This document shows, one piece after another, positions 11,901 to 26,500 of a DNA stretch of 64,000 nucleotides. Origin of the DNA: Lingula anatina (lineage: Eukaryota; Animalia; Brachiopoda); assembly GCA_051362555.1 (NCBI GenBank), contig CM120641.1:16120001-16184000 (forward strand). The letters are read 5' to 3'. Positions within the stretch are counted from its first letter, which is position 1; every line of letters begins with the position of its first letter. Both the position numbers and the translations under genes were made by a program. The notes beneath the pieces were generated by a model, which ran no database searches, was not told where the DNA came from, and saw only the letters and a list, made by a program, of their open reading frames with translations.

Positions 11901-13343
11901 TTTATGTCTGTTCCACTGAATTTCGTGTAATCAGTCTGTACAGTGAAAGGGTACTGTTTTTGGTTGTTTTACATCTGAAAGGAACACTTGAAATCATTTA
12001 AAATAAATTCAGAACAATGTATGCATTGTGCTATTTCAGGGCCACTAACTCTGAAAATGGGGAAATGAATAGTGTAGCCAGTGTGTTGACTGGAGAATAT
12101 GGACCTGTACCTGCCACTGCCAGGGAGTATAAGGTTTGGTTTTCATATGATTAAAAAAACTGTTTTAAATTGTTTAATGCGCTTCACGTTGTAAAAATAG
12201 TTTTCTGATAAACAGGTTGTATTTGACACAATATTTTAAAGAGTTATTCTGGACTTTTATTTAATTCATATTAGACTTACTGTTCAATTATTTTGACTTA
12301 TGTGGTGATAACAGGTTGGTCTAAGATATAACTATGCTTGTGCCCTGAAATTATAATGGTGAATACAATAAATTAGGTTGGATTTTTGTGTGTTTTAGGC
12401 AAATAATCTTCCATGGGTTGTAATAGGAGAAGAAAATTATGGTGAGGGAAGCAGCCGAGAACATGCTGCCTTGGAACCAAGGCATCTAGGTGGAAAGGCA
12501 ATCATTGTAAAAAGCTTTGCTAGAATTCATGGTAAGGGATTTTATAAGAATAATTGTTTTATCTGTATTATTCTCAAGTTTCATGATTTCTTTATTTTTA
12601 TTTCATTGAAACATTTGCCAGATTAAGCTTTTTGAAAATGTGAACATTCTTTTAGAAAAAAAATTACCAAAAGAATTCAAAACGTCGGATTTAATGCCTT
12701 GAATAGGATTTATTTACTTAGTTTCCTTTTTCCAAATCCAGAGACCAACTTGAAGAAGCAGGGCATCTTGCCACTGACATTTGTCAACCCCTCTGACTAT
12801 GACAAGATCTCCCCAGCAGACAAGATTTCCCTCAAGGGACTGAATGAACTGGCACCAGGAAAGGTAATATTAAGGAAACCAGTGAGATAAAGTCCAAATA
12901 TACGCAAACATGATAACACATTGATACTTTGATTTGAAAATTGAAGACTTTATATGACAAACTTCTAAATTTAAGTGCAAAAATTTTGTTCCTGTTGCAC
13001 ATGCGTGCACACAAACACACACAACAATTTTAGTTTATTATTTTTTAATTGATAAAAATATTTCACAAGAAAAGTGCACTTATCTTCTTTGCATAAAGAT
13101 TTTAAAACATTATCTCTTATTCTGACCCTTCACCATTTAAGATGATACTCTCATGCTCCTTGAAGTATGATTGCGGATATTCATGCTATTCATGCTATTT
13201 TGTTTCAGCATGTGAGGTGTGAGATCAAACACAAAGATGGCAGCATAGAAACCATCAAGCTGGCACAGACCATGAATGAACAGCAGATTCAATGGTTCAA
13301 GGCAGGAAGTGCTCTCAACAGAATGGCAGAAATGAAGCAATGA
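3194..13343 (+). CDS. ACO2: Mitochondrial aconitate hydratase. Exons 3194-3226, 4449-4520, 4735-4814, 5046-5112, 5676-5747, 6026-6145, 6423-6515, 6763-6832, 7183-7271, 7554-7704, 7852-7956, 8155-8249, [9082-9187 OR 9306-9411], 9939-10096, 10549-10622, 10825-11009, 11241-11446, 11701-11798, 12040-12133, 12399-12531, 12742-12863, 13209-13343
   Basis: Translation is colinear with mitochondrial aconitase: [85 protein letters not shown]. It has a basic N-terminal presequence, and all introns are GT-AG with consistent phases. Confidence 0.97.
5901..5996. repeat. (GT)n microsatellite in an ACO2 intron
   Basis: ~48 GT units with one interruption. Confidence 0.97.
8857..8976. mobile_element. Small MITE-like inverted-repeat element
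   Basis: 15-bp perfect inverted repeat TGCAGGGCTCAACAT (8857-8871) / ATGTTGAGCCCTGCA (8962-8976). CAGGG termini are hAT-like, but no TSD is evident. Confidence 0.6.
9082..9187 (+). CDS. ACO2: ACO2 alternative exon 13a ([36 protein letters not shown])
   Basis: 106 nt, TTTCAG acceptor, G|GTAAGT donor, phase 0 to 1, open. Confidence 0.92.
9306..9411 (+). CDS. ACO2: ACO2 alternative exon 13b ([36 protein letters not shown])
   Basis: 106 nt, TCTTTCTACAG acceptor, G|GTGAGT donor, phase 0 to 1, open; 27/35 residues identical to 13a. Confidence 0.9.
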
Positions 13344-14787
13344 AATCTGCCAGTTTAGATCTCCGACTGCTGTAATAATGTTGAACACAGTTGATTGCTA
13401 TTCTTTCATTTGCCAGAATGGTCATAGACATCATTTTTATGAAAATAGAATATAAGAGAACTTCAAATGCACTTGTATATTTAAGGTCTTGTAGCTGCGA
13501 ACCTGAAAATCACAAGTCAAAGGCTCAAATTTTGAATCTTTATTGTGGTGAATCAGTGTTACTGGCACATAACAGAAGTTGTTTTTAAAGTGTTTAAATT
13601 ATTGTTGAGGCATTGTTTGCTGTAATTGTAGATATTATATATAAACAGGTAATTTGGAACAGCACAGAGTATGCTTTCATCAGATTTCCGGAGTCTTGCT
13701 CCCAATAACACTAATGAAACGGTATTAATTATTATCAATATTATCTTCTAGTGTTCTAATAGTTTGGATTTACTCACCCATTATACCTACCCATTACAAT
13801 ATTATATACTCACATTTGCAGTGTAAGAATAAGTATATGCTGTCAATGCTGTGGATTGTCTAATAATACTTCTTGGAATGTCAACCATTCTCATTCATAT
13901 GTTTTAAAATAAAAAGATTACAATGTACGTAATATACTATGTACTGTTCATGCTGTGGATTGTGGAATAAATGTTTCCAGGCCTCTTCAGTTCTATTAAA
14001 ATATAAGGAAGTATACATGTCTTGTGGATCTAGAAAAGTTGATGTACAGTGCTTGTCTCAACATGCAGAATCACCAGCGAATGATAATATTGACATATAT
14101 AGTGGGCAAATTTTTATCATACCCTGCCCCAGGTGCTTTGAACCCCCAAACCCCTGCATGCTACTTCATAGAGAATGCCTATAAGAGACAAACTGATAAT
14201 AAACAGCAGTCCTTATAGTAACCTCTACCAGGGTTACTGATTGATTGTGTACTCTTCTCCAGAAAAATGCCAAGAAACAACCAGTAAAATATAAGTGAAT
14301 ATCTTGTGAAAAATCAGTTGGTGGCCCTGGTAAGTGGTAGACTCATTACAGTTACCTGCAGTATTTTTCAAGTCTGGGAATAAATTTAACAATTGACAGC
14401 CAAAATTGGACCCCTAGTTTTTGAGCCTTTCACTTTTGCTTATGTGAAACATGGTCATCTTCTGTTTGAGTGACCAGTTTATTTGAAAATGTTAGGCCAG
14501 TTGTATGTAGCTACCACTCCTCCCCCAGAACTTTCCTCACTAAGGGTCAAAGCTAACTTTATTGCAGTTCGTAACAAAGTGCCCCTCTTCCCCACAAGGA
14601 TGTACTTATCAATTTTATTTGGGTTAAATGAACAAAAATCAATGCAGTGTTTTTTCATTACTTTATTCTCTTTTTTCTTCGTATTTTTTCCACATTAAAA
14701 AGCCAAAAGTTCAGATGTATTCACATGTCAATGTGAAATTCCTCCCAAGTCTCTCAAACAACAACAAGCTTTTAAGTCATATCTATT

Positions 14788-16439
<1,652 letters not shown>

Positions 16440-16687
16440 TTGCTATAAGATATATTTTATAATATCACCAAAAGAATCCAAATGAATGCAGCATCTTGCG
16501 ACACCCACGCTCTACACTGATGCATATTTCAAAATGATTTCAAATTCATAAGACTATAATACGTCAGCAAAAATTAAGAACTGATGCTAGACACACTTTT
16601 GGTTTATTTTCTAGAACAAGATGGATTGGGATGGTGAAGAAATATTCAGATTTGCATTGAAGGTTTCACGTTGCCCTCCATACTTAC

Positions 16688-16709
16688 GTGATTCGATAGG
16701 AAGAAAAGG
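16688..16709 (-). promoter_or_regulatory. RPS2: RPS2 non-coding first exon with 5'TOP/TCT initiator
   Basis: Minus strand CCTTTTCTTCCTATCGAATCAC|GTAAGTA: a pyrimidine start typical of ribosomal protein genes plus a consensus donor. The acceptor TTATAG| lies just upstream of the ATG. Confidence 0.8.
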
Positions 16710-16914
16710 CCGGAACTGGATACCGTGACCTAATTACTGTTCTGCGCGAGAGGTGCGGCTAATCGCGAGACTTGGTTAACTTATCATCTTCCAGTAAATA
16801 TTTAGATACTGAATATTTTTTATGGATCGTTTTAACAAGGTATTTTATTTGCTGACAGGAAGTTTAAGAGTCTTGTTGATATGAAATTTTGCCACAGGCT
16901 GTGAAAAGGTGAGT
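16710..16914. promoter_or_regulatory. Probable bidirectional promoter (RPS2 / unknown gene) with a putative plus-strand non-coding first exon ending at 16908
   Basis: Locally CpG-rich, with a TCTCGCGA-type motif (16763-16770), ETS-like CCGGAA (16711) and CAGGAAGT (16856), and a strong plus-strand donor AAG|GTGAGT at 16908/16909. Confidence 0.55.
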
Positions 16915-17851
16915 TATACTTATTGCTGCATGAAATAAGTACCAGGTGCTCTAGAACGGCGTTGAGTTTGCTTCTTTGCCGTGCTAATCTAATGCTGCTG
17001 CCAGTTGCTGGCTGAAGCACACTGTGTCGGCTTTGTGCAAACACTCATCGTGCAATCGTGTAAATTCATATACCATACTGTTCAAAACGCGATGCAAAAT
17101 CTTAACGGGTTAATCAGAAATGGCATTAGCCTATATAATTGGATTTGCAATTTCGTTGCACTCGCCTTCATGGTCTCAGTCAGTGTGGTCAATGCTTGAA
17201 TGAATGAATATTGGGTGAACAGAGGGCAGGGTAGGGAGTAGTAGCGGCGGTGTAAGGGTATTGGAAGGGAGAGGGGATAACAGCTACCATTGCTTAACAG
17301 AGTATATATACTATATGTACGTTTTAATTAAGTGACATAAAGTAACAAAGCATATTCTGAAAACCTTCATTGGTACCCAATAGTGTAGTGGTAGACTTAA
17401 AATCCATTTATACTATTGATGGTGCAACAGTTCATTCAGATTGTGTATCAACTGAACATTATCTTCATCCTCAAGGACCATTCAATTGATTTTGCACAAG
17501 TGCAAATCTATGTATTTAAGATGAATTATGGGGATACAGAAAGTTGGATGAAATGTTTTTGAATAGTTATTTTCAGATTAAATCTTAGAATGACACATAA
17601 AAGCCATCAAACTTATATCCATTTTGGTGCTTTGTGTACAGGTTTAGGCAGACAAGTTATTATGAAGTATACACAAGTAGTTGTAGTAGATGATAATGAT
17701 GTATAGAATATCTATAAATGAACACTATTTTAAATGATTGGGTAGATAAATGGTTTAATGAATTGTCTTAAGCTAGCCTTTTGATTTTTTTTCACATTAT
17801 TCAAGTAATTATTTAGTGTGGGATAGAAATAAAATTGAAATTGGTGTACAA

Positions 17852-17889
<38 letters not shown>
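17852..17889. repeat. (AAT)n microsatellite
   Basis: ~12 AAT units. Confidence 0.9.
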
Positions 17890-17892
<3 letters not shown>

Positions 17893-18261
17893 TTTTTCAC
17901 AAGGCCATTTCCCCAGATTTTACCAGACTGATGTGCCATGTGACAAATGCAGATTACATACTATAGATTGAGTGATTAGATTGTATTTATGCAGAATCAT
18001 CAGTGGTGCCCCAAATAAAATGCAATCCAGTTTTTTTACCCCATATTTGTTTACCCAAAACTACCACGGAAATTTTAAAACTCATTTTATTACTGATTTT
18101 AAACTTTTAGACAATTTTGTGATTTTTTTATGATTTTGTATTAATACTTGTTATACAATTTTATATGGTTCTGTTGAACCTGTACAGAAATCATATACTG
18201 AAAAGACTGTCTTACGTACTAATACTCTGATATTTTTGAGAGGTGAAACTAAAACCTTGGC

Positions 18262-20940
18262 TGGCTCATAGGGGGGAGGGTCAGTAAATTGTCCATCTTG
18301 TGAAGAAGGGTCAGCTTTGGGTAAAATTTGATCTAGGTACATACATGAAGGTTTCATGGTAAAAGCTCCACTTTTTCAGAAAAATAACTCTCTTTTTAAA
18401 AATGCGGACTACATGCAGGTCTGCCCTAGGGACAACCAATACAAACAGAAGGGTCAATATTTATTGTTATGTAAACATGAACAAGAGAAGCAATTGATTA
18501 TAGGTTCATGCTGCATCTAAATTGAATGATGAGGTATTTCACTCTACATTCACCAAATATGTGCAAAGTGTCTTATTTTGCTTCTTTGCCAGTAAGTCTA
18601 AATGCTAAAAATGAGCCTGGATATCATTTAACCATTGAATTATATATGCTAGTAAATAATTAAACATTTGCAGTAAGGATTAATATGGTGTTTAATGACA
18701 ACAAGGATTGTTGCTCTTGCATGCAGTATCTCATAGTGTAACCTCAAATCTGTTTCTACAAATGTCTTTAAAACATCACTGTGCTTTTTAATAAGTAAAG
18801 GAATGAATATTGGTGATGCTGCTGCTTTCCATAAAAAAGCACAGAAAAAAAGGAGAAAGATGTTTTCTTAACAACTTTTAAATGGAAAGCAACCCAATTT
18901 CTACAACATGGCCACATGAAAACACTTACTGTAAAGGTTAAACATGGTTTGATGGTCTTGGATGCCTATTACAAGTAATCATAGGATGTTTTGGTTCCAT
19001 AATTTATTAGCTATTTTTGTAGTGTTATAAGGCCATGATACATAACAAGATAGCTAAATAGAATTACTCTATTTTTAACAGGTTGTTTCTTTCATCTTTT
19101 TAACATAACCCTTATTTTATGCTATTCATCTAATTTAAAATGTGTTAACTCCAGCAGAGACAGTAAATGAGGTGAATTGCAGATAGACCTAAGGCTCATT
19201 CCCATTGACACTATCGTCTATGTAGATCCATCAAACACCGTGGAGACTCTCGCTGAATGCAGTCAGAGTAACTGAATGATACGCCTATTCCTGGAGTTGA
19301 ATAGAATGCAGAAAAGCTGGTGATTTTCTGTTGGACACAAGAAGGCTTGTCAGTCTTATTGCATTCAGCGAGAGACCCCTGCATAGACCGTTGGTGTCAA
19401 TGGGAATGAGGCCCAATTCCCATAGACACCATTGGTCTTCGTGGATCTACCCAACTCTATACGGACTCTAGCTGAATGCAATCAGTTTAACAGATTAACA
19501 CGCCTTCTCCAGGCATTGATAGAATACAGAAAAACTGATGATTATGCAAGTATGTTGGAAACAAAAAGAGACATGTCATTCCGTTAAGCTGATTGCACTC
19601 TGTGAGAGTCCCTGCAGAGTTGGATCAATCCACATAGACCAATGGTGTCTATGGGGATGGGGTCTAAGAGGATTATACAAACCAGTGTCATGGCAATTAA
19701 ATGAAAAACATTATGGAATAAAAATGTTGTTCCATATGAAAAATATTTAAACACACACTGTTTTACTTTTTTTTAGTTTTGAATTGAAGAATTTTATAGA
19801 GAGCATTATTTTTGAAGTTCTTGCATCTGATTTGTTGTGGACAGCAGGCCCATAGCCAGGGAGGGTTTGAGGGGGTTCGAAAGAAGCTCCCTTTTTGCTG
19901 GGAATAGGTCCCCTCTGGGTAAAATTTTATCTTCTAGTAGGTAGTAGTACATGAAGGTTTCATGGTAATCAGTCCACTTTTTCAGAAAAAGAACCCCCTA
20001 TTGGACCTCTTGCATACAGCCTTAAAGTCCGATACAGACCTAGGTAGAGAGAAAAAAAATCTGTGTAAAAGTAATGCAAGGTGATATTGTTTGTTTTAAC
20101 ATGACATTAGTGTGCTTGATTCATTATTTAGCTATTACGAAAGGACTAGTTTCTCATGGTTTTTCAGTAAGGGCACTCAGTGAATATTAAATATACGTAG
20201 CTAAGACCATGATGCTGAAATTGCCACTTGTGATTTTAAAATGCACTGAATGCAATTTTAAGGTAAACTTGTCTGCATGTCTTGATATAAAACTTTTTAA
20301 AGCTTTTCACCAATCCCTTTCACTCAGTTATTGATAGGGTATTGAAAATGGAGATGATTAATATATAGGCTGCTTGTATATATTTGAATAAGCTAAGAAG
20401 TAGGTCTTAAGGAGACCTTCCAGAAATGTTCATATCCTTCTTCATTTATATGCAAACCTCTGAACTTAATTTTATTGATGATGGGCAGAAAATAGATAGG
20501 ATAGACTCCTTATGGTAAGTATATTGTACATAATCACATGTAGTCTGCTGAGATGGTGTGTGTTAAGTTATACCAAGTGGAAATGCACCTATAATCAGTC
20601 AGGAGGCTTTTGCAAAGCTTTAATTAACCACCCTTGTGGCCGAGAAAAGGTCCACTCTGAATCCAAATTTGATGTTTTTTTTAATGAACACTAGAAGGTT
20701 TTGTGGTAAGTCCTTTCTGTAAGGTAAAGACCCCCCTCCCCCATGAAATTGCTGGCTTCAGACTTGAACAGGCCCATAGGCATGCAGAGGGTGTCAAGAG
20801 AGCTGTCCTTTGGGCCAGGAAAAGGTACACTCTAAAACAAAATTTGATGTAGGTCTTACCACACACACATAAGACTTACATCAAATGGGTTTTGTGGTAA
20901 AAAGGGTGACTTTTTTGGAAGATCCCTTCTTTTAAAATTT
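18262..20940. repeat. Several decayed copies of a short dispersed repeat (~18262-18425, 19845-20020, 20640-20780, 20810-20940)
   Basis: Shared core GGGTAAAATTT...TACATGAAGGTTTCATGGTAA...TCCACTTTTTCAGAAAAA, with more diverged versions at 20640-20940. One copy starts CAGGCCCATAGCCAGG. Confidence 0.55.
19193..19664. mobile_element. Two head-to-tail copies of a PIF/Harbinger-like MITE
   Basis: Copy 1 has TIRs GGCTCATTCCCATTGACAC / GTGTCAATGGGAATGAG; copy 2 has GGCCCAATTCCCATAGACACCATTGGTCT / AGACCAATGGTGTCTATGGGGATGGGGTC. The interiors are homologous, and TAA lies on both outer flanks. Confidence 0.75.
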
Positions 20941-22467
20941 CCTATCATTAATCATATGATGGGCAATAGTTTTGTATGCTATCATAGCAAATATTGAAAT
21001 TACATGGTGTTTTAGACAAAAATGTTTCAACAACACCATTTCTGTATCCCTAGGCTAGTAATATTAAGGAATGTGATGCTAAAGTACATACTGTAGTCTC
21101 AGTGATGACCCAGCTTAGAGTGGAAATAGAATCGTAGTTTCTGAAATCCAGGTAGTGTTTTACCTACCTAAGTCGCCTGTATGTTCCAAGGTCAGATACC
21201 CTGTATACAGATTGCTACAGATTAGGAGTACCAGTTGTATGCATTAGAAGCACAAGACAGGATGATATTGAACACTGGATTTCCTTTGTCTAGTTTCCTA
21301 CAAGGACTTAAAACTGACAGTAGGTCTTAACTTTTGAAAGACTCAAATTTTGGTTCTTTTCAATTCAGGGTTAATGTATATATATATGGTAACGTACACA
21401 ATAATACAGTAATTATTGTTTACTGACTAGCCATATTTTTGTTTTACTTTAAATTCACTAGAGAGCTTTATTTGATATAACAATATAATTGGTTAAAACA
21501 AGTTCCTGTTAAGTGTCTGTATATTTGCCAGTTTGGCTGCTTAGTTAGTTACTTAATGAAAAAATATAAGAATTGAAAAATTTTCACAATTTTTGCCAAA
21601 TATGTCAATAAGTAATACAGGATACTAATACCAGAGAGCTTAAATGATAGCATATGCAAATATGTTGGTAAAGCACAAGCTTCTATTTCTTCAGTGTTAA
21701 TGCATATTTTTCTGATGTGAAGTGCTTTCATTTTCTTTGTTATTACGTGGCATTATGGTGCAAAGTATTTCCCTTGACTAACATTGAAAGGAAATTAATA
21801 ATTCTGGACTTCCTAGATGTGCGTTAGAGTTTTAGATAGTACTTGTAATCTTGTATAAGTGATGATGTATGATTTTTCTTGTCTCCATTAGAAAAAATTG
21901 AAAAGTCTTAATGATACTAAGTGAGATGGATTTTCAGATTTTGTTCTCGAAACCGATGACCAAGAATTTTAGTCTCTGCTCTCAGAATGTTAAGACGTAC
22001 CTGTCGGGATGATAAGGATTTCGAAATTTGGTTATTCACCTCTGGGAAGGCAAATTATCTCAAACTTTAAAAAAACATGAAGCTGTTCATTTCTGTTGTT
22101 ATAAAGCACCAGAGCATATAAAAAAGTCACTGTTATGTCTTTTTCAGAGACTACATGTCTCCAAGAAGGCAATGAAGGTTTAACACATTCTAGATGTTAC
22201 TAAATTGATAATTTCAAACATTGACTCAATTTATTTATGGAAAGAGATTTTTACACAAGCCCCTCTCCCCCCCTTCTCCACCTGAACCCCTGATAATACT
22301 CTGATGCCCAACCTCTTCTCCAAATGTCCTTTCTGAAAATAAAAAAGACATTTTTTGCTTCACTGTTTGTCAAATGTGTATATTGATGTTTATAAGAAGT
22401 CAGAGTGCAACCCAGAAGCTGCGGCATCAAAATGATAACATCTTAATTGTCTTGCAGATTGAGCAAT

Positions 22468-23486
22468 ATGGAGTCAGAGGAAGTGGAGGCTGCTGAGGTA
22501 AGTGTGTCATCTGGAATTATTTAAATTTTAAAGTGCAAATAGTGACAATTTCCCACACCAGCATATTAGTACACATATAGTCACAGCACTCTGTCTCTGA
22601 TCCTTGTGGTGTTTGCTGATGTAAAATGAAAAATTGGTTTTCCAGACAATCACTTGGTAGGCATTTCATAGGTGATAGTGGAAGTCATATTTGTAGATGA
22701 GAATCCTAAGTTTTCACAGAGTTGATTGAAGTTATATGATGAAACTATAAAATCATGAGATAAACCCAAAATCATAAATCTTCAAAGTAACTAATGCCTG
22801 TGATGTTGCAGGAAAAAAATCTCATGTTCAGCTGATATACATTTTTAATGTATGATTGACTTTGATGGAAATATTTAAAAATTATAAATTCATAAAGAAT
22901 TTAGTCATACTGTATTTAATAATTAACAAGAGAATGTTTTCACTCTGATAATGTAAGGTGCATACAAGGTATATATGTAAAATAAACAGATGATATTTTG
23001 CAGAAAATTGTGTCTGATTTGAATGTTGCACTGAATATACATGTACTTTTGCAGCCTACCTATAAATGTCTCATAAAGCAGATCTTTGTAAAAGAAATAC
23101 ATATCAAACATGCATATAGATCTGTAAAAATATGCTGAAAATCATGGTAGGGCAGCTTGATGAGAAAGGTAGTTTTATAGAAAGTTTGCAGTTTCTTATT
23201 TTTAGCCGCATTATCCATTGCCAATGATTTCGGCATAAATTTGATTAACAGCCACGCTGTCATGAAAAGACACTGATGATTCATGCCAGACTAATATGTA
23301 TGATAACATGATTTCGAGGTTAGGAGTACATGATAATACTGCAGGCATATGTGATGCTCCAACTGCAAATACTGAAGTCAGCATTGATCAGAAATGACAT
23401 GTAGTAAAGGTCATGAGAAACCACTTTTCTTGCTCGCATGACTAGCATGTTTTTGAGGCTGTCTGTGATTTCATTAAGCAAACTTT

Positions 23487-23521
<35 letters not shown>

Positions 23522-26500
23522 TTATTGTCGTATTTAAACCTAAAAGTATAAAATGAGAATTGATATGATCTGTCAATAAAATAAAATACAATTATAGAAT
23601 AATTAAAATCTATTTTGCTCATTAAGAATACGTACTGCTGTTGGGTAAAAGCTTTTTTTAGTGAGTGTGGAAGTAGGCTTGATGACATAGGTGTAAATAG
23701 ATTATTCGCTGGGTGACCAGGGTCACCCATGATTGATTTCACTTTCTTGAGCATATAGTGCAGTGAAAAAAGGTTGATAAATAAGAAAATGAGAAGTGGA
23801 GAAGGGAAATGAGAAGTGGAGAAGTGGGGTGTGGCAGAAGAGTTTTGGGCTCTTGTCCCCTTCTTGTAATGCAAGGTCTGTCAGTGAAATGTTATGTAAA
23901 ACAAGTTTAAGTTTTATGCTATTTATGATAATTGTTGAGTTATATTCTAAATACAAAAATATGACTACAATATGATTCTGTATATTTTTATAACAGTAAA
24001 TTTCCCTCTTTTTAGCTGTCCACAAAGGAACAAATGTAAATTGCAAATTAAAATTAAATTATTCAAAACCATATTTTTGCATTTTTTTTTATAGACCGTA
24101 GATGTTATTTCTGTCCATTTTATTTTTAGAAAGAGCCTCTGAAGTTTGCCATAGACTTAGATGCAGCAGAGCCACAGTTCAGAGAAGTCCTTGGAAAAAT
24201 TAAAGAAGTAAGAAAAAAATCTGCACTTGTATAAATAATTAAACAAATTTTTTTATAATTATACATCTTTCATAGTTCCTGTGTTTTCTTTATTGTTATA
24301 AGAAGCATAAGTATTTATGAAATAGTTTTAGCTGCTAACTTGCCATGCAGTACCGAACATCTTTCACTGGTGCTAATAAATGACAGACTTTACTCAGTAT
24401 TTGATGACTTAATTTTTAAATGAAATATTTCTCCTTCAGGTTGCAGAGAAACTTTTGTACCACTGGAAGTCTTTTCCAATTATTTTACCAGGAACATTCA
24501 CTGAATCCAGCAGAGTAAGTGTTCCAAAGGAGATTGTATTGGAGCATTAACTTTTTCATTTTGTTGTCGTAACCATATACTGTTGATGATTCTTGGATAA
24601 TTTCCCCTCGGACAGTTTCTTCAATAGTGATTAATACCATGTATGGGGGGATTAGTCCAGAGGGAGAAACCCATAATGGGAGAATTTTCCTTCTTCTGTC
24701 ATTGATGTATCACTTCAAAAATGCTGTATGTCCAGAATACCCATACATCCATTTATTATAGTTCTTAATTTTGGTAAACTCTCTAATGAAAAGCTGAGTC
24801 TCTTTTTTATTTCATTTTAAGAATGTTATTGAACTCAAAGACTTGTTCATTGCTCCAACGTTTGATGAGTTGGATGAAGTGGCCATGGATGAGAGTGGAG
24901 AGGCAAAGAAACTCAATGAGAAACAGTTGCAGGACGTCTGGCATTATGGGTATGGTGTTTATTCATTGTTTGTGACATAGATTTCCTCTAGTGACATTGT
25001 GATATTTAGATAATATTGTTTTTGTCCTTTTGATTCAACTATTATTTGAATTAGATATTTGTTGCCTAGATAAGATGTTTTGAATGAATGATGATTGCCT
25101 AGATTAGATACCTAATCATAACTGAATGATTGTTAGTCCTGGCTTTTTCAGTGACGTACTATTTTGTTATAAGTCATTTGCATATATATGTGTTTTAGAT
25201 ACTTATTGATAAGTTGATTTCATCTGAAATCTTTTTCAGAGAGTTTGAGGTTGACAGTATCCATTTCCCTGGACAAGTCCACAGATGGCGCTTGACACAA
25301 CTGCTGCAGAAGGGATCCCAGAGAGCAAGGGAGTCACTGCTGAATGTTAATATATATTTTTTGTTCTTTCTTTTTAACTTCAGAATGTTTTACAAACCAC
25401 TTTGGGGATGGGTTTGTTGAATAGCGTTCATTTGTATAAAGGCTTTTGCTTTTTTAATCTTTACAAAAGTTGTCCAGTCCTGATTAAGCTGCATTAGAAC
25501 TTAAATATAATATCATTTCCTGCCTGGGCTTGCTTAAGTTGAAATCATGATAATTAATGCAATCCATGATAATAGATAATGGATATCGTTTTTACTCACA
25601 TGCATGCAACATCTTTGATTGCTTCTTTCATATAGGATACAGCCCTGGCCCTGAGACTGCTGATCATCACAGCTAAGAACAGATTCCACTCCCAGTTCTT
25701 CAGTCTCACACAGTCAGCACATGCATGGTTTAAGGGAATATGGAAGTTACTGGGTAAGTGGATTGATATCAGGATCAGGATTTAAGGATAGGACAAAAAG
25801 CAACCCATTAATTCTGTAATAAGGTACCCTGATCTTTACTGAATTCTAAAGTAATGAGATAATGATAATATTGGGTATATTTGCTGAAAAAATGAATGTT
25901 TTTTTTTTTTTTTTTTTTTTTTTTGATGAAAAAATATGGAAGAGGCATAACTTATTGGGGATATTTTACCATTGAAAAAACTTAAACAAAAACAATTACC
26001 ATATTTCTCAGTTTTTTATGTTAATTTGATCTATCAGACATCTTCATTGGTATGCCCTCCAATACCTCTGGAAACCTGGGAGGAAAGATCAGAGAAGAAA
26101 GGATGAAGCACCTGGTGGCAGAGCTGGCTGTCAAGGTAAACTTTTATTCTTTGGTAAGGCCACACTTTTTTATTTTTATGGATGACATCCTCTGGGGACC
26201 CCAAAGTCGGTGCGAGCGGGCGAAAAAAAAAAAAAAACAGTCCAAAAAAAAAAAAAAACTGCTTAAGAAAAGTTATGTTTTCAGTACACAGCTGGAAACA
26301 CTAATTTACCACAGAAACACGTATCAAACTAACAACATGTCTTTATCCATGCTCTCAAAATATTAAAGCATTGTGAATAGGGCCTACTTCGTAGAAAGGT
26401 AAAAAGTCATGAATATATAGGCTATGCTGCATATTACCAAATCTATTTAAGGTTATTTCATGCATTCTGTTGGTATAGAAACCAATTAAACAAATATCAA

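Noticed and set aside
22458-22497. Alternative frame ...GSGGC-TGA-G resembling a GCUG selenoprotein motif
   Set aside because: The other frame (MESEEVEAAE) splices in phase into the long gene. There is no supporting homology or associated SECIS.
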